Below, in pieces: positions 41,523-64,000 of a DNA stretch of 64,000 nt. The DNA comes from Tubiluchus corallicola. Lineage: Eukaryota > Animalia > Priapulida. The stretch covers positions 186,001 through 250,000 of the forward strand of contig JAQGDQ010000148.1 of NCBI GenBank assembly GCA_030141605.1, read 5' to 3'. Below the pieces are notes generated by a model. It saw only the letters and a program-made list of their open reading frames with translations, was not told where the DNA came from and ran no database searches. Each line of letters starts with the position of its first letter. Positions within the stretch are counted from its first letter, which is position 1. A program made the position numbers and the translations under genes.

Positions 41523-42780
41523 TTGATCTGAACTAGTGGCTAGAATTTATCCCTCATAAAATCATACAAGCAAGTGTAACAAGAAGTGTCGGTTATAGTT
41601 ACGTGCCATTGCAGAATTTTATGTGGGCTGGCAGAAATGTCTGAGCTGTATTCTACTGCTTGTACATTCTCCCCCAACAAGTTAAATACCCACGATAATA
41701 ATAGTAGGTAAACTTCTGACTGCATGAATATTCATCCCGTTGGTCATCCATCCATTTTGCTAAGCACACACAACAACTTGGCAGATACCTTGCCCCAGAG
41801 TGTTGCTAATATACCTTATAACTGGGCTGATATAGCAGTGAAATTTAAGCTGATTAATACGTATCATGGTTGTGCATACATGTGATTTCCAGATGTAAAA
41901 ATTTTGAACCCGTCAGAGTCCAGGAAATTTTTGCTATACCACATTGTCATTTTCTATTACACTAGTTGATTTAAGAGGCTCTGAAATGGCCCACATTCTC
42001 GTTATAGGCTCAGCTCCACATGTTATATGATAACTTTACTATGTTAATTAACTTTTATAGTTATAGAAAGCTTGGTTCCAAAAAGTTTCTTTTGTCAGAT
42101 CTCTATTTGCTCAGTACTTAACTATTTACAATTCATGATTTTGCAAATCATTTCACGAAGTTAATTGTTTGTTTTTTAATGTATCCTACTACTTTGGGCT
42201 GAGAAATTCACAACACTTTTAAAATATAATTTTGTTTTATTATAATGTTGTATCTGACGCATTGAAACTAAGCACATTAGTCTATTAATGTCTCATTTTA
42301 TGTACTTGCTGTACACTTCTTATGTTCATTAAGTGAATTAATTTTTACCTTAAAGGAATTTACTGTATTTGTGATGGACATACAATGTCATCAATTCTGC
42401 AATTTTAGCAAGTTTATAATACGTGTAGATGGCATAACCATTTTTCAGCAACCATCATTTCAGAGTTGTCCTGACCAGTATGTAATTTTATAATTATTAG
42501 GAAAAAATAGAAAGAAATTTTTGCAGTAAAATCTGAAACCTTTGCACACTAAAGTAGCGAAGACAAATCCACTTGATTGCACATAAACTACTGTAAATAC
42601 GTAATTATGAGTGTATTATAATGATGTAAATATTTGTTAAAGAAATCTGTTACATGTAATTGCATTTATTAATGTCAAGTTTTCAAGCTGTTAACTCATA
42701 ATAAAAAAGAAAGTTTTCAAAGGTCTGTAAACTGACTAATATTACACTGTTTCTTATAATATTATTGGATTTTCAAAGTC

Positions 42781-42849
42781 TAAATAAAAAAAACTTTTTA
42801 CACGTATGTGTTTCTTAAATAAAAACCTTTTTTACATGTATGTGTTTCT
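42781..42849 (+). terminator. Tandemly duplicated candidate poly(A) signal of DEAF1
   Basis: Two ~35-bp units, TAAATAAAAA..TTTTTACAYGTATGTGTTTCT, each with AATAAA and a downstream GT-rich element. Confidence 0.5.
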
Positions 42850-43607
42850 TTCTTTCTCTAGTGCATTTTGTGTAATTTACAGAGTAAATAAGAATGACTA
42901 AATTTAAAAGAGTGATAGTGATGATAAAGCCAGATTAATCAAAATTAGTTTTGTCATCTTACTGTTGTTGCCATTAATTTTACTATCAAATAAAGCTACT
43001 GTAATTTGAAAACACTGACACACAACATTAAAAACAACCTCAAAAATTAGTGATTTAGAAAAAGAAATGAACATTAAGTGACTGTGTAGTACAAAAGTAT
43101 ATCCTGGTTAATTTTTATTAATCGAGGGTGAATAAATTGTAATTCAAAGACAAAGTACTTCACTATAGTGACTTAGGAGACCTGCTCTTTTGGAAGCGAT
43201 TTACTATCTTAACTAGGGGAATCAAACAAGATTTGTAATTCGAACATAAAATTATGGATTTGAATAATTCAAAAGCTACAAATGTTCCTTATCATTTTTT
43301 AAAGTTTGAAACAGCATGCAATGAGCACAATTTTGTTGTGATTTCAGTGCACAATTTTTAAACAAATTATTTAACACAGAACAAAATCAAGTAGTCAAAA
43401 TCAAGTTTTGACTCTGTAAGGCCGCTTTTTATTAGCGATGTAAAATATATTCGAAAATCTTTAAAACTGGATTCGAAATTGCTGAAATTCGGTTCGATTC
43501 GAGGCCGAAGTAGTGAATAGAAAATGCTCAATGACCCAAAGAATTTTGACGCTACCGTGTTTTCGACTCACGGAGCTCCTTGATTTTGATGAGCGAGGTC
43601 GTGTGTG

Positions 43608-43621
43608 GTTACCTTGGTAAC
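43608..43621. promoter_or_regulatory. RFX X-box motif upstream of STK33
   Basis: GTTACCTTGGTAAC is a near-perfect palindrome matching the GTTRCCATGGYAAC consensus at 13/14 positions. It lies 160 bp upstream of the ATG in a CpG-richer patch. Confidence 0.7.
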
Positions 43622-43780
43622 TGTTTGTGTACACTGAACAGCTGCTGCAGGAAGAAAGTTAGTGCCAGTGGTACTCAGTAGTGAAACGTTTTATATAATT
43701 ATGCTTGGCATTGTCTTACTACCCATTTTTTCCTGATTTACATGTATTAGCAGGTCATTGTAAACAGGATATGCTTGAAG

Positions 43781-56202
<12,422 letters not shown>

Positions 56203-57636
56203 TACGTCTTTATGCATGAGTGTAGGATAAGTGATAGTATAATATATAACTAATTTATATAGTATAGATATTTATGAACATGTTTTTTACATATCCACTT
56301 GTGCAACTCGCATTTGTTCTTATGCTACTGAAAGCTGATGTTAGTTGTCAGATCATATTTGCCACTGTCAACATTTTTACTGCGAGCGGTGAAAGATTAT
56401 TCTCAACATTTTCGTCACTACGATCATCATCACTGTTTTTTCTATTTCATTATATATTTGATTCTAGTGTGGTATCAAAATGAAAATTTCCTGCACACAG
56501 TCATGTCTATGAATAATTTTTTTGTACAAGAAAAATTTGATTAACAATCACTAATGAAGTTGCTATCTTGTTCGTTTCGACCATACTGGGTTTTTCTTGC
56601 TTTAGTGACATTCATGCAAATAATAAAACATTTTTATTTATTGTTTCCTTCAGTAGTGTCTTACAAATACAGTTATGCTGGTTATTATTAGGGGTATGCC
56701 CACACAAGCTTTGATGAAAAACATGGGATAGAAAACTGACCATTTACCACTTGAGAGACAGTTCAATTCAGTGTAACTTATGTTTTCTTTTATGGACGTT
56801 ACACGTAATCACATATGTTGTATTCTGCATTGCATTACCATAGCAACACTAGAAGAACAATCCAAACAAATGAAGTCAATTAGTTACTGACTTCTCTTTC
56901 GTTTAACTTGTAAAAACTGTAACATTAATATTCAAAAATGTCTACATAACATAAGTACAATTGATATTGCACATACAAAATGTTGCTACCAAACAAAATC
57001 AAAGAACATTTAAATTAATTTAAACTTTCATTTAATAAGTTATATAAAATATTATTTATAAGGATACAACAATAAAAATGTTTTTAAGTTAACACTGTGT
57101 TGATGGTCTTCATAAAAATACTAGCCATGGGATTATCCATTTAAGCACTTACTTTATTACTGCTTACCATATTTTGTCAGTTAATGCAAGTCAATTAAAA
57201 CTCACTAAAACTATAAGACTAGTAGTAGTGGAACAATGAAATTACATAGATTAAGATAAAAATTAATGTGTATGTAAAATATTCAAGTTAAAAAGCTATT
57301 TTGATTTTTATTTGTTTACAAACTTTCAAAATGTTGAGAAGCTACTCACTTTTATTACAGGCAACATAGTAAAACCAACATAACTAATTTACATAATACA
57401 TACTCTTATTATTTTTAGGCTTAGAGCTTACATGCATCACCCAAAAGTATTTGTAAATCACGGAGTTGTCGCTTAATCTTTTTATGGTAGTTGCATTGTA
57501 GACACAGCCACTGACAGTGCTTAAAAGCAAATACAGAGTATAGTCTATAATAATAGTTATATTAGACTTTGACAAGTCCAGTAACAAATTTGAAAGTATT
57601 ATAAGGGAGCTTGACTTACAGTTTAAAGTAGTAATC

Positions 57637-57668
57637 ATAATAATAATAATAATAATAATAACAACAAT
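57637..57668. repeat. (AAT)n/(AAC)n microsatellite
   Basis: Directly visible. Confidence 0.85.
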
Positions 57669-57694
57669 GCCTGTTTAACTGAACAGACAAACAG

Positions 57695-58011
57695 TCTCAA
57701 CAATAACAACAAAACCACAACTAAAAATTAGCATGATGCATATTCATTATTGGCTGGTAAATCAAATGATTTATGTTGTCTTCAGGGATCGTTGTTCACA
57801 TTGTGCACAAAACCCTCACTTGCAGCAACTACTCCGATCCTCAGGGAAGAAGAAAGCAGTATTACTACAGCAGACTTCTGCCCTTACTTCAGTACTTCAG
57901 TAATGCCACTGAAATATTGCCATTTAGTTTGCCAACAAATAAATACTATGCATCATGCTAGTTAACTTCTACAGTAGCTGATTAGAAGTGGTTTTGTTGT
58001 TATTGTTGAGA
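57695..58011. mobile_element. MITE-like inverted-repeat element (~75-90-bp imperfect arms)
   Basis: TCTCAACAATAACAACAAAACCAC (24/24) and TAGCATGATGCATA (14/14) recur in inverted orientation at the right end. Confidence 0.75.
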
Positions 58012-58332
58012 TGGCATTTCTCCTCTTTTAAGAAAGGTAGTCTTCTGTGACAATGATTTTTTGGTATAGTCCATCCTGCCAAAACTACAACTACATGGTA
58101 GACTCTGCTTTTATCCCGAACAGCAGCTTAATTTTATGTCAGAGTCAACAGCTCATTATTACTGTTTTTGCTGTGATAATTCCTACTGTTACAGTGAGGT
58201 AACAGCAAGTCATGAAATCAAACTTATGACCCCCGGAACAAATCAAGTGATTCTTGTGATCGTAAGAAAAGCACTGATAAAAACAATATTGCCTGGTAAG
58301 TACATCCTGTATTATATTCAGTTTCACAGGCC

Positions 58333-61300
58333 TCATCCTGTAGAAGAATCGTCATCTTTTTTTGTGAATGTGAAGATTAGGAAAACGAGTCCTCCCAGCA
58401 GAAGAACCGTGCTGATGAAAAAACGTAGCATCCTCATTATCGAATATCGATCAACAAACTGGGCCAAAATCTTCTCTCTGATTGCCTGTGTACAAGACCT
58501 ACACCAAAGAAGAACCGTGATATACTACCGTATTAATGGAATCAACAATAACATGCTAACATTATTTCAGTGTTTCAAGTCTACATGAACTACATGTAGT
58601 CAGTTTTTGGGCACTTGGAATTTGTATAATTTCATCTTTTGTCACCACAATGTAAGGCATGTAAAAACCTGTGTAAAAAGTTGGAAATGTAAAAATGCAC
58701 GTCATTTCAAGTGCTGCAGAGCAATCAAACTTGGCCAAAAGAAGGACATTGGAAACTCAAAAATGAGGACCCATTTGAAAAATGACCTTGAATTATACGT
58801 GCAAAGACATTGACTAATATTTCATAAGTTTCTGAATGATTTAAATTCAAGCCTCAATCCCTTTCCTTTGACCAAGTTTGACTTAAATTTAAAATCAAAC
58901 TGAAAAGAAATCCAAAGCAAAATCAAAACTTGAATCTGAACCATTTATACATCCAAAGATGCAGGCATTAATCATGAAACACAAGTGCGTGAGACTGGCA
59001 ATCTGGCAATTAATGAAGTGCTGCTGCACTATTCTTTTGAAAGTTAACCCATTTGCATTTGAAAGAAACAAAGCTGTTCCAATACTTACGCTTGCTCTTC
59101 TACCTCCTCCTCCCGGCTCAGCAGATCATCAATGATACTGTGCAGTGAAACTTGCTTCTCTTTCAGAGAAACCAGTTCATTCTCAACCCGGGTTTTCACA
59201 CCCTCTTCAAACCTAAGTCAAAAATTGAAAATTGTACTTGTTTTCTTTTACTAGATACCAAATGGGTTGGACATGCTACAAGACACATGAATTTACAATG
59301 CACTAACGCAGTTGGTAGGTGGCATCATAATTTGGGAAAAAAACCTGCAAAAGCATATTCGTCAGTCACAAAAACCCATTCAGCGTTCACTTCTGAAGAG
59401 ATTTAAAGGTTATTTTTTCCAGTTAATTTTATTACATTGGCACTTATATACATGTACAACATAGAATATGTACTGCTAACATCTGCAAATGCAAATTACA
59501 CTTAATGAATATTGTACCAGCGATGGAGAACATCTACTAGGCTCTGCTGAGTCTGTTCATTACTTCATAAAGATATCAATCAATATGTGCATTCTACGTC
59601 GCCATTCTCGCGGATGTAAATAGTGAACCAAAATTCTCATACTGCTCCAAAACAAAACATACCCTCTTTGAAAAACTTCATTATTTTGTTTTTCTACGTC
59701 GGGTATATTGCAGTCATCGTGATGCGGAGAAGCTGAAGTTTTTGATGGATACGATGCTACAGATGCGGTATCCATGGTAGCGTCCCTAAAAATGTGACCA
59801 ATTTAATTTAGCACAACTCAGATATTTAACAACAATGTTCAATGTTCACTAAACTTAGTGGTGTTTAGTATTATGAAGATGATATATGTAACCAAAAAAA
59901 GTAAATGCAAAGTAACACTTAAGTTAAAAAAACAAAAATTGCAAACTTCATACTTGGCTTCACTTTAACATTAGAAGCCAACAACAGTGACAAAGTCTGG
60001 TAAACACTGTAAAGCGTACATTAACATGAGATGCACTAATGCTCTTACTGTTTTTCAAAACATCAGCATTACATTAGAATAAGTAAAAAAACTAAAAGCC
60101 ATTAAGAAAACAAATTTATGCACAGGGTAAACACTGATAAAAGTTACTCAGTTTTGTATTGCTTAGTTACTCGGGTTATAGTAAGCGCTTCAACATTAGA
60201 AAATAAAAACAAATTTGAGTGTGACAAAAATCATTTTCATTACCCCTCGGGTGGCGGTGAGGTGCTAACCAAATTCGAGACGTTTTTCAAATTGATCCGC
60301 GGATAATTTAGGTCAACGGATGCTGATCGACGCATGTAACTGACGAATGAACTATCAAAAGCAGTGGCTGGTGCAATTTTGCGAATGTTCTCCTGGAATT
60401 ATAAAAAAATACTCCATTTAAAGTCTATTAACTGTATAATTAGATAAAAACTAGCCAGGAGTGGAAGCAATGAGTTACTGGCTTACCGCACACATATGTA
60501 AGTATGTATGTTTTGCTTGCATGTAATGTATTTGTAAAATGTGCCAAGTTTAGCAACATGCGATGTTTCGGATGAAACCCTTCGGTCAGTTTCTTGAAGT
60601 CGTTCAACAAATTTTCTGCAAAAGTGCTCTATTGTGATGTCACAATATTAAAAAAAACACGTGGATGTTTGTCATGAATCCAATATGTGAAAATTCAGTA
60701 TGCATTGTTTGCTTCACAAGAAGTAAACTGCAAAGTTTTATAATGCATAAACAAGAACGAAAATGACGAATTAAACTACTATTGCAAGCGAGCAAACTAA
60801 AAATTCATATTCGCTTACTGAAAAGTTTTAATTGAATTGCAATATAATGCACGGTAAAAAACCTTTATTTCTGAAAAACCTTTCTGACAAAGACGTCATC
60901 ATACTATAAATGAAAAACGTCCTCTTTTCAAAAAAATATTTAATTTTAACATGTGATGAGCTTCTTTCAATGGGTAACCCGTGTTATGTGACCACTATTT
61001 AAGAACAACAAAAAAATAGCAATATATACATTAACTAAACATCATAAATTTGGTTTATAACTTCAAAAGGCACTGCTTACCTTTATCAATTAGTCAACAA
61101 TCTCAGCTTTGGTACAATTTCATACCACGATTCTATGCACAGCTATGCTGCTGCTGCTGCATGCAAGTTAAAAAAACCACTTGTTATAACTGGAAATAAA
61201 AAGCCCTAAACGGCCCAAAAAACCAAAGGCCAATTTGTAATGACTACCAGATAAACAAGGTTAGTAGAGTTAACAGGTCAGCAGGTTACTTTACTGATCA

Positions 61301-63503
61301 CTACAACACAAATTCTTACCTAGTAATAAAATTGATTGCAAAAAGAAAGAATAATCATAATATTTACGTCAGCAGCACGAGCTTTAAAACTTTAAAAATA
61401 TGAAAAGTATAGTCATTTCAGTGCCAGTGCAAAGGTGAAAAGTTTTTAGCACTTTATTCTTCGGCAAGAGTAACTTTTCTCATAATTCTACAATCTACAT
61501 CATGCAAAATATGTGCATATAAGGAAAATAAAACAAAATATATCAAGTTGTTAGTCACAAAAAGAATGAAAAAGCAAATCTTTACTTCCTGTGGGTGAAT
61601 AAATGTTAAAATTAGCAACAAAATGCATCTGAATGCAAGCTAAAATCAATGTTCCAAAAATGGTAACAATTACTTGGTTAGGCCAACTCAGCAGCATAAA
61701 TTCAGAACAAAATTCCTATAAAAGAATTTACTTTGGAAAGCTTGCCCATTCAAAGAACAGAAATTGTGCTAACATCTTTCTTGCAGATATATAAACAGTT
61801 GCTGCTACTTGTTACTTACATTTAAACTCATTGCTGGAGTCCTAGCTGTTGTATGATCAGACGAACCAGCCTATAAATATTAAAATTAATGGTAAATGAA
61901 GGAAACAAGGTCAGAAATTTAAACATATTTGTAGTATTACAAAATTCTAACCCTGGGTATCATAAAAACTTTGTGCAACGGAAAGCAGCAGTCTTTCTTG
62001 GAAAAGCTACAAAATGTAGAATAGCGGGTTTGTGATCTGCATCAGATAGAGTATTTCCAGCAACAGTGTCAATTTAGATATTTAAAAGAAAATGTCATTT
62101 AATTACTGTAAGAAGCTGTGCCTTCTAAGACCGTCTCTGGTAAATTCAAGCATCACCCCTGGGTTTCTAGTTATATTTCCAAATCATGCACAAAAAATGT
62201 CAATTTTTCAGACATGCATCTTGCACTAATGATCCACAGGTGTTTAGACTTCAGAGATTCAGTTACTCGCTAAAAGCAAAGATCAACAAATCGGCATTTC
62301 AGTATGTAAATGTATTAGCCCAAAAATCACAGACTGGCCCTACAGCATTTTGGCAATTCATCAGCCGAAGCGATCAAAGTAGTGTCTAGCAATTTTTTAA
62401 ACTTGGTAACAACACAACCGTCACTTACTCTTAGTCAATAGCCAGACACTTTTATGATATTTTTGTAGAACCCATTACTCGGGATTCTGCTGATAATTGT
62501 AATGGTTGTGCAAGTCTGATTGTGGTCACTTAAATGGGTACATATCTAGCAAGTTTATTTTATGTTAATAGATGAAAGTGTTTCTAGATCAACTACGACT
62601 TTCCAAATAGAATCCTATAAGAGAGAGCATCTAGCCTAGAATCACTCTCAGCTGGACTTCACCCTGTAGCTGAAAAGAAGCTAATGTCACCTCAATATTC
62701 CAGAATGGAGGAAAGACTAACTTATTCGACAGTTATTAGCCAACAATAAACAAGAAAATAATAAATAAATAAATAGTAAAAACATTTGGTAAACAAAACT
62801 GCCATGTTAATGACACAGTGAAACCTATAGTTTCGTTTTTGTTAATGTAGCTCTTTTTACAGTCAAAAGATAAAAGATGAAATAGGCTGAGAAGAATAAA
62901 TTCTTAGAACTTTTGCAATGTAATAGGATGATGTGATAGTGCTCTTTTTAGAGCAGGTGAGGTTATGGGTGATAAAAATCAATTTCTAAAGAAAAGATTC
63001 CACAGATAAGAAATCCTGGGGAAAACTATACTTATAAGTTATTAAAACCAACAAAAGCGGCATCAAAATGAATGCTCCTAATTTTCTTACAAAAAACAAG
63101 CAAGCTGAATGTAGCTGTATTATAACTTTAGATCAGGAGTTCAATAATCAGTTCGTGAAAAACTAAGACATCCAAATCATTTCTGAGTGTTGTTAGCTTC
63201 ATTCCCTATATATTTTAAACAAACTAAAAACTTTCAGGGTTCACAGGTCTAAAACAGCATTAACAATATATCGGCAAAGTTGTTTAATTCATTCGTTTCC
63301 TATAAATGTATAGATATAGTTAAACAGATAATACCTTAATGCCACTGTGCAATTTTTACTTTAAACTTCAGGGACTAATTAATTAAAACTACAATGGTCA
63401 CCTTTGTCAAATTATCACTGTCGGCATCCATGTTTCGCAAATCAACACACGAGCTGCTCCGTCGCCGACTTAAATCCGAGTGATCAGGTGACAAAGTATC
63501 TTT
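58333..63503 (-). CDS. 3' part of a tail-anchored coiled-coil membrane protein, probably IRAG1(MRVI1)/LRMP(IRAG2) family; 5' exons lie beyond the window
   Basis: Exons 63503-63402, 61870-61820, 60392-60244, 59785-59663, 59212-59090, 58498-58333 are phase-consistent (714 nt). The protein has 'RRRSSS' and 'RRSAS' kinase sites, 'VFQRGFEEGVKTRVENELVSLKEKQ', then a C-terminal TM 'FFISTVLLLGGLVFLIFTF' and a short tail. The family call rests on recalled similarity to IRAG 'Y.KGFQEGLKK..EL..LKE'. Confidence 0.7.
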
Positions 63504-64000
63504 CTAGATAATGACAAAAAGATTCACAAATACACGGCTGCACAAATTTCCATAAATACTAGCAATTGTAACAAAAACAATTGTAAAAAATATTTTGGGA
63601 CAAAAACTGTAATCACAAAACGCAATAAAAAAGCACAAATGGAGAGTCAGTAGTAACAAGCTAAAGTCTAATTGCCACACTTCAGATGTTTTTTGACAAT
63701 CAGTAGGTAGACTGTGATTAAGAAACCATCATTTACTCCGTCAGAAATGCACAATAAGAAAAAATCGCCCCCAAAAGAGCAGATTTCAGAAGGCCTCTGG
63801 ACTTTTTTATGTAACAACTATAGCCATTTACGGTGTTCTAAGTGTTCTTCCAAATAACATAACATGATAATACAGCATTTATCAATAGTTTCCTAGTCTG
63901 TTAAATCAAAAGTTAATAAGCGGCCTTAATTTTTTGCCTAGGCTGTAGTATTAAATCACTTATTATATTACAAATAAAAGAAACACATACATTCTAGTCA

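Noticed and set aside
58136-58588. 150-aa plus-strand ORF
   Set aside because: It is the antisense shadow of the terminal exon of the minus-strand gene and has no recognisable motifs.

Overview
AT-rich, intron-rich animal (invertebrate-like) genomic DNA, not prokaryotic. Hand-splicing at GT..AG boundaries gives five spliced protein genes: MTCH2-like mitochondrial carrier homologue (+, 2656-9724), PATL1/Pat1 decapping scaffold (-, 13268-28691, start exon unresolved), DEAF1 SAND/MYND transcription factor (+, 32421-41522, head-to-head with PATL1), STK33-like kinase (+, 43781-56202) and the 3' part of a tail-anchored coiled-coil IRAG/LRMP-like gene (-, 58333 to beyond the window end). An intact tRNA-Leu(CAG) lies antisense in a kinase intron. 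Introns hold decayed CR1/L2-group and Rex1-like LINEs, pogo/Tigger-like and other MITEs, a foldback element with 20/60-bp internal repeats, and microsatellites. The most notable points are the shared human chr11 linkage of all five genes, a near-perfect RFX X-box before the kinase, lineage-specific tails on STK33 and MTCH2, and a conserved LINE 3' stem-loop. I found no convincing wholly new biological system. All gene models and homology calls come from manual translation and recalled family motifs, not from database searches.
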